Assembly (NCBI GenBank): GCA_050257635.1
Contig: JBLMXG010000023.1
Location: 4,350-68,349, forward strand
Direction of reading: 5' to 3'
From: Chloroflexota bacterium
Lineage (GTDB): Bacteria > Desulfobacterota > Binatia > UBA9968
DNA: 64,000 bases
Every line of letters begins with the position of its first letter. Position 1 is the first letter of the stretch. A program made the position numbers and the translations under genes. Of the stretch, positions 10,701-19,741 are shown in pieces. The notes under the pieces were generated by a model. The model was not told the DNA's origin. It did not search any database and was given only the letters and a program-made list of their open reading frames with translations.

Positions 10701-11296
10701 CGGACAATATCGCTCACGCGCAGCAGATTTTGCTGGGTGCGCTCCAGCTTCTTTTCGGCGATGCTCTTGCGGCTTTTGTATTTGCTTGTTCCGGCGGCCT
10801 CTTCGATCAAGGCACGCCGATCTTCGGGCTTGGAGTTGACCAATTCATCGACCTTACCCTGCTCGACAATCGAATAGGCTTTGCTGCCGACGCCGGTACC
10901 GAGGAATAGCTCGACCACGTCCTTCAGGCGGCAGATGACTTTATTGATGGCGTACTCGGATTCGCCGGAGCGAAACAGGCGGCGCGTGACCATGATCTCG
11001 CTAAAATTGGCATATTCGGCGGGGCCGCGGGCATCTTCATTATCAAAAATAATCGATACTTCCGCCATTCCAGTAGGAGGTAAACTGTCGCTGCCGGAAA
11101 AAACCACGTCCTCCATCTGGTGGCCGCGAAGATGGCGGGCGCTTTGCTCGCCCATGGCCCAGCGCAGAGCATCGACGATGTTTGACTTGCCGCACCCATT
11201 TGGACCAACCACCGCGGTAATGCCCGGATTTAGCTCTACCACAGTCTTCTGGGCGAACGACTTGAAGCCAACCATTTCAAGGCGTTTTAAACGCAT
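7742..11296 (-). CDS. smc: Chromosome segregation protein SMC
   Basis: 1184 aa with Walker A GPNGCGKSN, long coiled coils, hinge, and C-terminal LSGGEKALTA signature with Walker B LDEVDAPLD. Confidence 0.95.
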   Translation of the reverse strand: MRLKRLEMVGFKSFAQKTVVELNPGITAVVGPNGCGKSNIVDALRWAMGEQSARHLRGHQMEDVVFSGSDSLPPTGMAEVSIIFDNEDARGPAEYANFSEIMVTRRLFRSGESEYAINKVICRLKDVVELFLGTGVGSKAYSIVEQGKVDELVNSKPEDRRALIEEAAGTSKYKSRKSIAEKKLERTQQNLLRVSDIVREIERQIRTMELQAKKAERYRALRAELKDKELAGAFLQRAAFNAEIARKESRLTEAEKRLAEYLASMHGKEAENESVRLSLLEADKAIGAQQEAVYQRRSAIQTDEQKCEFFRKDLAQLAQNESNTRASLAQLEGRIKTLTREIEELNKANESFIQLSLFEESFLRDKENELEKLQSGLRTLQTELEEEKAALIDTANQIANLKNEALAKEKRHDEIDRELARSRADLAQVSAELARCEAKKTDSAAALASCLDAVRDRTLEAAQASATIQGLNKSREEQESKIARIKEQIHESRSRLRSLEELQKNYEGYQEGVRAIMLKKQQGAAANGIYGLVAEVIEAPEPYEKALTAVLGDRLQYIIVKSHQEGLEAIDYLKTQASGRGSFIPLELSRKPHKELPLGEAEVIAPMIDIISVQDGFRDVAEYLLSDVVVVCDLQAGLALWNRNGYHSTMVTSEGEVIDPIGTVTGGSEAPLEASFLTQRRRIRELTSILAERDLEIAQEERQHEKLKQRLEHVETQKTVLAAEIHRLDLERVRLEHEHRAASQESERLTQSTQALIQEQSDLTTTLQLLADEIQRCHTSAQTRSEEKLAREAALARKQNESTELGHSAEAAESAVTQSRIRNAALGEKRENTHANLANRLKLQEEAAQEIALRREQICDYQRRRVEIEQAVAQTEEALRQSRVELQALEARLQDDRQNYRQISMGVAEITESLKELRPLLEACQEERSRIQLALAEQRLGLQHLAANLRDKYDTDLENLTIDFAENRPSPAELAADIEDLRGRLERMGEVNLAAIGEYEELAERFRFMNQQKEDLEKSIADLQQTIVKLNRICRLRFKESFESINEKFEAIFPRLFRGGKAKLVLTDENDYLETGVDIVVQPPGKKLQSITLLSGGEKALTAVSLLFAIFLTKPSPFCFLDEVDAPLDDANIDRFNDMIKEMSEHSQFILVTHNKKSMQAAEMLYGITMAEPGVSKVVSVRMQ

Positions 11297-11525
11297 AGGA
11301 CTATTCTATCTAGGGAAATTACTGGCAATTTAAGCCCCTGAGCCTTGATCGCAATATTCCACAGTAGAGTAGGGGTGTCAAGAGAAAATCACAACATACG
11401 GTGGAAGTTATCGGACGTTACCGCAAGATATGGGAGACCATCAGAGGCTACGAAACAGCTCTTAGGTTTGGCTGTTCCCAAGGGCGATAATCTAAGCGCC
11501 CTGACTTTCAAAACACCGAATAAAA

Positions 11526-12191
11526 CTACATCTCAAGCAATTCGGTATTCCAATAGGAGACGTCGATGGTGTTAAGAAAAGGCATCCATTCCTTGTAGCG
11601 GGACATACTGAAAGTTTCTTGCATGAACGGCGTCCACTGGGGTTTGAACGGTTTGCGCACGAGCGGCATGTTGGCCTGTTGCGGTGTCCTTCCCCCCTTG
11701 CGCCGGTTGCATTCATGGCACGAGCAGACCACATTCTCCCAGGTGGAGGTGCCATTTTGCGAGCGTGGAATGACATGGTCAAGATTGAGCTCGTGGCGTG
11801 GCAAGCGCCGCCCGCAATACTGACATGTGCATTTATCGCGGGCATAAATATTGTACCGGCTAAAGCGCACCTGGCGCTTGGGCACCCGATCATATCCGAC
11901 CAGCAACACGACCCTGGGAACGCGGATCACGCGGTTCACCAAGCCGATCGTTTCATCGTGAGCTGAAATCGACAGATCGCTCCAGCTGGCAAAGTCGAAA
12001 GTCTGGTATTGCTCGTTGACCGCCTTGGCGATGCCTTGATAAAGTAATACGAAGGCGCGCCGCACCGACGTGACGTGGATGGGTAAATAAGAACGATTGA
12101 GAATCAGGACCTTAGTGTTGAGGATACCGTAAGCGGGCGCTGTGGCCGGGTAACTCATATAATTTCTGATACCTACACCATTGGAACGCAA
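11526..12191 (-). CDS. HNH endonuclease family protein
   Basis: CQYCG...LNLDHVIPRSQNGTSTWENVVCSCHECNRRKG (HNH with Cys4 zinc). Upstream of smc on the same strand. The exact start is uncertain. Confidence 0.7.
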   Translation of the reverse strand: MRSNGVGIRNYMSYPATAPAYGILNTKVLILNRSYLPIHVTSVRRAFVLLYQGIAKAVNEQYQTFDFASWSDLSISAHDETIGLVNRVIRVPRVVLLVGYDRVPKRQVRFSRYNIYARDKCTCQYCGRRLPRHELNLDHVIPRSQNGTSTWENVVCSCHECNRRKGGRTPQQANMPLVRKPFKPQWTPFMQETFSMSRYKEWMPFLNTIDVSYWNTELLEM

Positions 12192-12402
12192 TTCAGGGTA
12201 CTTCGCATAAAAATATCCGGGGGGGAGGTCAAAGTCAATTGCGCCATCTTCGAACGGCGCGCTACTTGCTTGAAGTCGGGCATAAATTCCTCTATAAGCA
12301 CTCTAATTCCAGTGACGATTTAACCGGGTTTGCCTGTCCGTTGGGGGTAACCCCGTCTCACAGATCGATCTCCCCTCAGCCTTTACCGGTACGTTCATTC
12401 AT

Positions 12403-13914
12403 ATGAAACAAGAGATCTTCATCAATTCGACTCCTCAGGAAAGCCGCATCGCGATCGTCGAAGATGGTCTTTTGGCGGAATTTTTAATCGAACGCAAAGA
12501 AGAAATGGGGGTTGTCGGTAATATCTATAAAGGCAAAGTTGCGCGCGTCCTTCCCGGCATGCAGGCTGCTTTCGTCGATATCGGTATGGAAAAAGCCGGT
12601 TTCCTTCATGCGTCGGATTTCTCCAGCGAGCCTGAAGACGCGCAAATCCTGACCGAGTCCGCGGATGAGGTTGAGTTTGCCGAACCCCCCAGGCCCCATT
12701 CATCGCGCCGACTGCCGCTGGAAAAGCAGATCTCCCGCGGTGAAGAAATTCTCGTCCAGGTAGCCAAAGACCCGCTCGGCACCAAGGGCGCACGCGTGAC
12801 TTCGCATATCTCGCTGCCGGGCCGTTACATGGTTTTTATGCCGGGAACCAAGCACATTGGTATCTCCCGGCGCATCGAGAGCGAAGAAGAGCGCAAACGG
12901 CTCAAGGAAATCGCGCAATCGTTGGGCACCGTTGACGGTGGGTTTATCTTGCGCACGGCTTGCGAAGGGCGCAGCAAGAGGGAAATCCAAAGAGATCTGG
13001 CATTTCTCACCAGATTGTGGAAGGGAATCCAAAAAAAGGCCGCGGGCGCCACGGCGCCGTCGCTGATCCATCAGGATCTCGATTTGATCACGCGCACGAT
13101 CCGAGATTTTTTTTCCGCCGATACGGAGCAAGTGGTGATCGATTCACCGAAGGACCACCGCCGCGTGGTTGACTTCGTGCACCACTTTATGCCGCGGCTC
13201 AAGGCAAAGATCGTCGCCTACACGGGCAAAGAGCCGCTCTTCGAGCAGCAAAACATCGAAGAGAGGGTCGTGAAAGCGCTGGACCGCCGGGTGTGGCTGC
13301 GCTCCGGCGGCTATATCATCATCGAACGAACCGAGGCGCTTACCGCCGTGGACGTTAACACGGGGCGGTTTGTCGGCAAGCGCAACCAAGAAGAAACGAT
13401 CTTAAAGACCAATCTGGAGGCTACCCAGGAAGTGGTCCGGCAACTGCGCCTAAGAAATGTCGGCGGCATCATCATTATCGATTTCATAGACATGGAAAAG
13501 GAAGCCAACCGCAAGAGGGTTTACGAAGCGCTAAGGGAGGCGCTCAAGAAGGATAAAGCGCGCACCAACATCCTGAAAATTTCCGAGCTCGGCCTGGTCG
13601 AGATGACGCGCCAGCGCACGCGCGAGAGTTTGGAAAATCAATTGCTCCGCCCCTGTCCGCACTGCGACGGGAGGGGGCGGATCAAGTCGGCGCCGACCGT
13701 AGCTTATGACGTATTACGTGCGATCAAGCGCCAACATGGGCAGACGGAAAACGGCAAGAATATCGTCGTGAGACTTCATCCGGACGTCGCCAACTTCCTC
13801 TACGACGAAAAAAACCACAGCCTGGAAAATCTCGAACGCGAGATCAATCACCGCATTATCATCAAGGCAAGCCAAGAGCTGCACCACGAAAAATACGAAA
13901 TCACCGAGACGTAA
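12403..13914 (+). CDS. rng: Ribonuclease G (RNase E/G family)
   Basis: S1 domain (NIYKGKVARVLPGMQAAFVDIG), DNase-I-like catalytic core (TEALTAVDVNTG), Zn-link CPHCDGRG. 503 aa with no long C-terminal scaffold, so RNase G rather than RNase E. Confidence 0.85.
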   Translation: MKQEIFINSTPQESRIAIVEDGLLAEFLIERKEEMGVVGNIYKGKVARVLPGMQAAFVDIGMEKAGFLHASDFSSEPEDAQILTESADEVEFAEPPRPHSSRRLPLEKQISRGEEILVQVAKDPLGTKGARVTSHISLPGRYMVFMPGTKHIGISRRIESEEERKRLKEIAQSLGTVDGGFILRTACEGRSKREIQRDLAFLTRLWKGIQKKAAGATAPSLIHQDLDLITRTIRDFFSADTEQVVIDSPKDHRRVVDFVHHFMPRLKAKIVAYTGKEPLFEQQNIEERVVKALDRRVWLRSGGYIIIERTEALTAVDVNTGRFVGKRNQEETILKTNLEATQEVVRQLRLRNVGGIIIIDFIDMEKEANRKRVYEALREALKKDKARTNILKISELGLVEMTRQRTRESLENQLLRPCPHCDGRGRIKSAPTVAYDVLRAIKRQHGQTENGKNIVVRLHPDVANFLYDEKNHSLENLEREINHRIIIKASQELHHEKYEITET

Positions 13915-14465
13915 GGCCGTCCTTCGGTGTCCAATCGGTATGGCGAAAGTTTGCTGCTGGGATCGTTTTTAGAAAGTTGCACTCTTCCTCGTTTGCGGAT
14001 GATGGTGGGCTAATCTCACACCTCAACTTCTCTATTCCTTGAACAGTTAACCCTAATCCGACAATTATCCTGGGTTCAAATTAAGTATTTTACGTGTGGG
14101 TCCGAGGGTAAATTTTGTGAAACGCGAATTTCGCCTATAGTGACCTTCTGCTGCCTCTGGCAACAGACCTATTCACGACGGAAATTGTCCGCGAACACCA
14201 ATCTTTATTGTCGGTTCATGGTTAACAGATCGTCTTCCAAACCAGGCTGAACTTATCGAGCCGATCGTCATCATCCGACCACCCGGGTATAAAAGAATGG
14301 AAACTGTGCAATCGCGATAAGTTTCCAAGCCCGTGAATTCGTTTGACTCAAGTTCTGCGAATGGGTAGTTATGCCTTGGTTTGAGTGTCCGGCGTTTTAC
14401 AAGTGCCGTTCGTGTCTCTGAGCGAATCGATGCACTGATTCTTTTTTAGGTTGGCGGAATACGAG

Positions 14466-15584
14466 ATGATCTCCATCCGCAAGCTCTGCAAAGAATTTAC
14501 TGTAACCGAAGGAAAGGTTGCAGCGCTCAAGAGCCTCGATTTGGAAGTCGCCGAGGGCGACTTCTTCGTCATCGTCGGCGCCAGCGGTTCGGGCAAAACG
14601 ACTTTACTGCGTTGCGTCGCCGGACTGGAGTCGCCGGACAAGGGTGAGATTCGCATCGCGGGAAAAACGGTATTTTGCGACGCGCCTCCAGTCTGGATCC
14701 CGCCCCAAGAGCGCAAGTTCGGCATGGTTTTCCAATCCTACGCGGTCTGGCCTCATTTGACAGTGTTCGAAAATGTTGCCTTGCCGCTGCGCGAAGGCGC
14801 ACAAAAAATTCCCCGCAGCGAAGTCAATCAGCGCGTACAGGAAGCCCTGCGCATGGTACAGCTCGACGAACAAAAAGATCGGTCCTCCACGCTTCTCAGC
14901 GGCGGCCAGCAGCAGCGAGTGGCATTGGCGCGGGCGATCGCGGTCAATCCTCGGGTGCTGTTGATGGACGAGCCGCTCAGCAACCTCGACGCGCGCTTGA
15001 GAGAGGAAGTGCGCGGCAAGATCCGCGATCTCGCCAAGCAACTGGGCGCAACGGTTTTATACGTCACCCATGACCAGGTAGAAGCCATGGCGATGGCGGA
15101 CAAGATCGCGGTCATGAGTTTCGGCAGGCTGCTGCAATACGGCGAGCCCATGGAGCTGTACCGCAAGCCTAATTGTCCCGAGGTCGCTAACTTTTTCGGT
15201 TCGATCAACTGGCTTAGCGGAAGGCTTGTCGCCGGCAACCTGGTTGAGACCTTGATCGGCCGGTTCGAAGTGTCCGCTTGCGGCGACTTGGGTGACGAAG
15301 TTCTTATAGGCTTTCGCCCCGAGTGTTTGGAGATTGTCGATCATACCGCAGGGCAAAACTGTTTTGGCGCGCTGCTTCGCTCCACCACTTTTCTGGGAGA
15401 TCAGTTTGTTTATGAGGTAGTTATCCATGACCAGTTGGTCGTGGGTAAGAGCCGCGTGGCGCCGCTGCGCGGCGACCGCCAGCTCCGGTTGCGTGTCACG
15501 CCTGAGGACCTTTTGGTGTTTCCGCAGTCGGCGGGCAAAGACCGGGAGGCTGTGGACCCGCAGCGTTTTCGTGCGGTCGGCTGA
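14466..15584 (+). CDS. ABC transporter ATP-binding protein (FbpC/PotA-like, C-terminal TOBE domain)
   Basis: Walker A GASGSGKTT, signature LSGGQQQRVALARA, Walker B LLMDEPLS, H-loop VTHD. ATG at 14466 chosen over the TTG at 14451. Confidence 0.85.
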   Translation: MISIRKLCKEFTVTEGKVAALKSLDLEVAEGDFFVIVGASGSGKTTLLRCVAGLESPDKGEIRIAGKTVFCDAPPVWIPPQERKFGMVFQSYAVWPHLTVFENVALPLREGAQKIPRSEVNQRVQEALRMVQLDEQKDRSSTLLSGGQQQRVALARAIAVNPRVLLMDEPLSNLDARLREEVRGKIRDLAKQLGATVLYVTHDQVEAMAMADKIAVMSFGRLLQYGEPMELYRKPNCPEVANFFGSINWLSGRLVAGNLVETLIGRFEVSACGDLGDEVLIGFRPECLEIVDHTAGQNCFGALLRSTTFLGDQFVYEVVIHDQLVVGKSRVAPLRGDRQLRLRVTPEDLLVFPQSAGKDREAVDPQRFRAVG

Positions 15585-15692
15585 TACCTCGGTATAAACA
15601 GGTGCCGCCTGGTCGGTCGAAACGACCAAGCGATTAGCGGGAGGCCATGACCACGCGGTTTCTTTGGCGTGGTCCCTAACGAAAGGTCGCTT

Positions 15693-17432
15693 ATGGAAGC
15701 GGTCCTCAGAATGCCCCGTTCCATTGCACTTCGCTTGAGTACTTCGCCGCTCCTGCTGGCGCTCGCCGTCGTGCCTATGCTGGTGATCTTCGTCCTGGTC
15801 GCAGCCCTGGTGTGGATCAGCTTTCAAACCGGGATCATCGGCACGGAAAACGTGCTCTATACATTAAAAAACTACGTCGCAATCCTGGGCGATCCGTTTG
15901 TGCTCAAAGTATTCTGGAACACCGTGATCTTCACGCTGTCGACGACCTTCACAGCGCTGGCGGTCGGGCTTCCGATCGCCTGGATGACCGAACGGAGCAA
16001 TCTTCCTGGCAAAGGGCTGGTTTACACGATCATGACGCTGGGCCTTTTGATTCCCGGAATATATACCGCGATGGGCTGGACCTTCATCGCCCATGTGCGG
16101 ATCGGTTTTTTGAATCGCTGGCTGATGGACGTTTTCGGTCTTGAGAGGGGCCCGATCAACATCGCGACTCCCTTGGGCATGGGCTTTGTACAGGGGCTAA
16201 ATCTCACGGCGCTGGCGTTTATTTTGACCGCACAGATGTTCCGCGCCATGAATCCGTCCCTCGAAGAAGCGGCAAAGATTCACGGCCTAAGCTTCATCGG
16301 CACCATGCGGCGAATCACGCTGCCGCTGGCATTTCCCGCTATCCTGGCGGCGATGATCTACATGCTCACCATCGGCATCGCGACTTTCGATGTCCCCGCG
16401 ATCATCGGCCTCGGCAATCGCATTTACATGCTCAGCACCTATGTCTATTTGAAGGCCAATCCGCCGGATAGCGGCCTACCTGAGTATGGAATCACCGCAG
16501 CCCTGGGCACGATGATGATTCTTTTGGCCGTCCTGCTGACGTGGTGGTACAGCCAGGTGCTGCGCCAGGGACATCGCTACGAAGTGATCACGGGGAAGGG
16601 CTACCGTCCAGCGCTGGTCGACCTCGGACGCTGGTCCATCGCCGCCTGGGTTTTCATTGCGCTGTATTTTCTCGCCACCAAATTAATCCCCCTGTTGCTG
16701 ATCGCCTACGCTGCGTTCACCCCATATCTTGCCCCGCCGTCATACGAAATGCTCGGCAAGATGTCGCTCGCGGGTTTTTACAATCTAAACTGGGATCTAT
16801 TCTGGCGCGGACTTTACAATACCGCTTTGCTCGTGATTGTCGTGCCCTTGGTGACCTTGCTGCTGTCTTTTTGTATTTCGTGGCTGATCGTGCGCTTGCG
16901 CAGCCGGATGCGTTACGTGCTGGAGTTCGGCGCGTTCTTGCCGCACGCCATGCCTGAAGTGATCATGGCCATTGGCGCGATGTTGATGGCGCTTTTCGTG
17001 CTGCCGAAATTTATCCCCCTCTACGGTTCGGTATGGCTGATCGCGATTGTTTACGTCATTTCCCGGTTGTCGTTTGCCACCCGGGCGCTTAACAGTTCAC
17101 TTTTGCAAGTCCACAAAGAGCTGGAAGAGGCCGCATACACAGCGGGCTTGTCGCCCATTCGGACTTCGTGGAGGATTCTCGTGCCCTTGCTCCGTCCTAC
17201 CCTCATGTCGGTTTGGATCTGGACGGCGATTCTCGTATATCGCGAGCTTACCGTCGCGGTGTTTCTCGTCAGTCAAGAGAGCATCACTTTGCCCGCGGTT
17301 ATTTGGAGCTACTGGTTCTCGGGAGCGATCAATCAAGCTGCCGCAGTGACGCTGCTTATGACGGCCGTGCTCACGCCGCTGATATTGATTTTTTGGTGGT
17401 TCGGGCGCCGCCAACTCATACCGGAGTCATAA
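15693..17432 (+). CDS. ABC transporter permease, fused double BPD_transp_1 domain (FbpB-like)
   Basis: About 580 aa with two repeats of the EAA-type permease motif (EEAAKIHGLS..., EEAAYTAGLS...). ATG at 15693 is preceded by GAAAGG. Confidence 0.8.
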   Translation: MEAVLRMPRSIALRLSTSPLLLALAVVPMLVIFVLVAALVWISFQTGIIGTENVLYTLKNYVAILGDPFVLKVFWNTVIFTLSTTFTALAVGLPIAWMTERSNLPGKGLVYTIMTLGLLIPGIYTAMGWTFIAHVRIGFLNRWLMDVFGLERGPINIATPLGMGFVQGLNLTALAFILTAQMFRAMNPSLEEAAKIHGLSFIGTMRRITLPLAFPAILAAMIYMLTIGIATFDVPAIIGLGNRIYMLSTYVYLKANPPDSGLPEYGITAALGTMMILLAVLLTWWYSQVLRQGHRYEVITGKGYRPALVDLGRWSIAAWVFIALYFLATKLIPLLLIAYAAFTPYLAPPSYEMLGKMSLAGFYNLNWDLFWRGLYNTALLVIVVPLVTLLLSFCISWLIVRLRSRMRYVLEFGAFLPHAMPEVIMAIGAMLMALFVLPKFIPLYGSVWLIAIVYVISRLSFATRALNSSLLQVHKELEEAAYTAGLSPIRTSWRILVPLLRPTLMSVWIWTAILVYRELTVAVFLVSQESITLPAVIWSYWFSGAINQAAAVTLLMTAVLTPLILIFWWFGRRQLIPES

Positions 17433-17518
17433 ATTTAACGCACCAAACTGTAGCATTCGAGTCGAGGCGGGCTAAAAACATATTGCCGGTGGTCAAAAGA
17501 AAAAGGGAGGACTAAACG

Positions 17519-18634
17519 ATGCTTTATCGAAGTAACGCCAGTGCGGTTGCGGCGGCGGCGATTTTTGTCGCCGGTTTGTTGTCTCCTACCTGGTTCGGTG
17601 GCGCGGCGGCGGCTGACAGCGCCAAGATCGCGGAGTTGATCAAGGGCGCGAAGCAGGAAACCACACTGCGGGCGCAGTGGGGCGCCGACACCTTGGACGG
17701 TGGTCCGGGTCTGCAAAAAATCGTCGCCGCGATGAACAAGAAATACGGCCTCAATATCAAGCCGTCGTTTACCCCGGGCGCCAACATGCAGGGGATGATG
17801 GGCAAGATCACCCGCGAACTGGCGGCCGGTCAGCCGGCGAGCAGCGACGTATATTTCGGCAACCCGCAATCGATGCTGCAAGCCATGGAGGCCAAATCGC
17901 TCAAGCCGATGGATTGGTATTCGATGCTCGAACGTCCCATGCAGAAAGAAGCCGGTTTCGACCCGATTGTGCCAGGCAACATCGGTATCGCAATGGCTTC
18001 GACGCTGGTCGGGGCGATCTACAACAGCAATTTGGTCAAGGGTAAAGATATTCCGCACAAGCTCGACGATTTTCTCAATCCCAAGTGGAAAGGCAAAATA
18101 GCTTCGACGCCGTACGCGGCTGGACTGCGTGAATTTGCCATGCCGGAACTGCTGGGCAAAGAGAAAATCATCGCCTTTGCTAAAAAGCTGTCCAAACATA
18201 TCGGCGGACTGCTGCGCTGCGGCGAGACCGACCGCATTACCAGTGGTGAGTTTCTCATGCTCGCCCTGGCGTGCGGAGATCAAGAAGTCAACATGGCGCA
18301 AAGGAAGGGAATTCCACTCGGTTACGCGATTATGGACGACGCCACGCTCTCCCATACTCGCTACGCAGGAATCCCGAAAAACTCCCGGGCACCGAATACC
18401 GCCGCCTTGTTTATCGCGTTCTTGCATACCGTCGAAGGCCAAAAGCTGATGTGGGACATCGATGGGCTTGACTTCCATCTGTACCCGGAATCGAATCAGA
18501 AAAAGAAATTAGATGCAGCTCGGGCGAGAGGCGCCAAAGTTGTCATCAGCTCGCCGCAATGGCTCAACAAGAATAAAGGCTATGTCGCGACCCAGCATGA
18601 GCTCGAAAAGATACTGCGCGGGGAAGTAAGCTAG
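17519..18634 (+). CDS. ABC transporter substrate-binding protein (family 1, Fe3+-type)
   Basis: Signal peptide, GGGAGG RBS, family-1 periplasmic binding protein profile. Confidence 0.8.
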   Translation: MLYRSNASAVAAAAIFVAGLLSPTWFGGAAAADSAKIAELIKGAKQETTLRAQWGADTLDGGPGLQKIVAAMNKKYGLNIKPSFTPGANMQGMMGKITRELAAGQPASSDVYFGNPQSMLQAMEAKSLKPMDWYSMLERPMQKEAGFDPIVPGNIGIAMASTLVGAIYNSNLVKGKDIPHKLDDFLNPKWKGKIASTPYAAGLREFAMPELLGKEKIIAFAKKLSKHIGGLLRCGETDRITSGEFLMLALACGDQEVNMAQRKGIPLGYAIMDDATLSHTRYAGIPKNSRAPNTAALFIAFLHTVEGQKLMWDIDGLDFHLYPESNQKKKLDAARARGAKVVISSPQWLNKNKGYVATQHELEKILRGEVS

Positions 18635-18660
18635 ATTACAATTTTCTATCGGACGAAAAT

Positions 18661-18691
18661 AAGAGGGGCGGGATTAAAACCCGCACCTCTT
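18661..18691. terminator. Hairpin between convergent genes (candidate bidirectional terminator)
   Basis: AAGAGGGGCGGG-ATTAAAA-CCCGCACCTCTT: 12-bp stem with one G:T wobble, AT-rich loop. Confidence 0.4.
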
Positions 18692-18712
18692 ATTATGCTA
18701 AGCATCTCAGGC

Positions 18713-19222
18713 TCAATGGTATTCCGTACCGGGCAGCGGGTTCTCCACCGCCTCTTCGAGGGATGTCGCCCGCTTCCATTCATGAGCCGGCCGGCTCCGG
18801 CCGTCGGTGCCAATCTGGTCCATGGCGGCATAGATTTCGATCTTGTAGCCGTCGGGATCGTAGAACTCCAGGCCGGGATTGCCGCCCGGGCCGCGCCGTC
18901 CTTCATAGAAAATTGTCACGCCTTTGGATTTTAGAAAATCCCGGATCTTGAATAGCTCCGAAACCGTGGCGACTTCCAAGGCCATGTGGTCGAAGCCGAC
19001 CTCGCCGCGCTTGGGCAGCTCGTTCTTTTCTGTCGCTTGAACCAAAGCAACCGTGTGATGGTCGGTGGCATTGCGGAAAAACATCATGCCACCTTCATTC
19101 TTGTCGGAAAATTTAAAACCCATGATATCGGTCCAAAATTTCGCGCTGCGCTCGATGTCGCTCACGCTCAGCACCACGTGGCCAATCTTTTTGATTTTGA
19201 TGGGAGAGCTTTCTGTTGCCAT
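18713..19222 (-). CDS. VOC-family (glyoxalase/bleomycin-resistance/extradiol-dioxygenase fold) protein, paralog 1
   Basis: KIGHVVLSVSDIERSAKFWTDIMGF ... HMALEV, the typical VOC betaalphabetabetabeta start. ATG at 19222 is preceded by GAAAGGAG. Paralog of 23230-23784. Confidence 0.75.
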   Translation of the reverse strand: MATESSPIKIKKIGHVVLSVSDIERSAKFWTDIMGFKFSDKNEGGMMFFRNATDHHTVALVQATEKNELPKRGEVGFDHMALEVATVSELFKIRDFLKSKGVTIFYEGRRGPGGNPGLEFYDPDGYKIEIYAAMDQIGTDGRSRPAHEWKRATSLEEAVENPLPGTEYH

Positions 19223-19339
19223 AAAAAACTCCTTTCCGTGAGTTTCGCGGTGGTTTTTCTGCCCCATTGGTTAGCAAGCTTTTAACACGGAATCCGGGCC
19301 AAAGGCAAAGCGCAAATTGTTCTCTCAATCCGTTGTTAA

Positions 19340-19741
19340 TCATTTGTACTGAAACCTTGCGATCAGCTTGCGGCTATAATGGCGCAGAGAATTCATGTCC
19401 AAGGATCGCCGCTTGAGCAAGTCGAGGCGGATCATTTTCCATTGGATGCTCTTGGCCAGGGCTTGGCGCTCGCCTTCCTCCTCGACATGCTTGAGCAAGT
19501 CTTCGAGCGTATGGATGTCTCTGAGAAGCTCGACTTCGGGGGGCAACACATGGGCGTTTTTGAGCACGTGGTAGCCGATGCGCAGTTCTTCGGGCACCCA
19601 GCTCAAGTCTTCCAACTTGAGCGGCTCGCCTTTGCCAGGCAAGTTGTCGAAGGCGCCGGCGCGTTGCGCTTCGAGAATTCGCTGCTCCGCGATTCTGTGC
19701 AGGAAAGATACTGCGCCAGTCTGCTCTCTCGGTCGCTTCAT
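19340..19741 (-). CDS. DUF1992 (DnaJC28-like C-terminal domain) protein
   Basis: IAEQRILEAQRAGAFDNLPGKGEPL matches the DUF1992 signature. Its ATG overlaps the upstream MFS stop (ATGA). Confidence 0.6.
   Translation of the reverse strand: MKRPREQTGAVSFLHRIAEQRILEAQRAGAFDNLPGKGEPLKLEDLSWVPEELRIGYHVLKNAHVLPPEVELLRDIHTLEDLLKHVEEEGERQALAKSIQWKMIRLDLLKRRSLDMNSLRHYSRKLIARFQYK

Noticed and set aside
7724-11333. Numerous plus-strand ORFs of 60-240 aa (for example 7724-8452, 8097-8504, 8465-8893, 10881-11333) antisense to smc.
   Set aside because: Typical stop-poor shadow frames of a high-GC gene. The minus-strand SMC frame is continuous and carries all the motifs.
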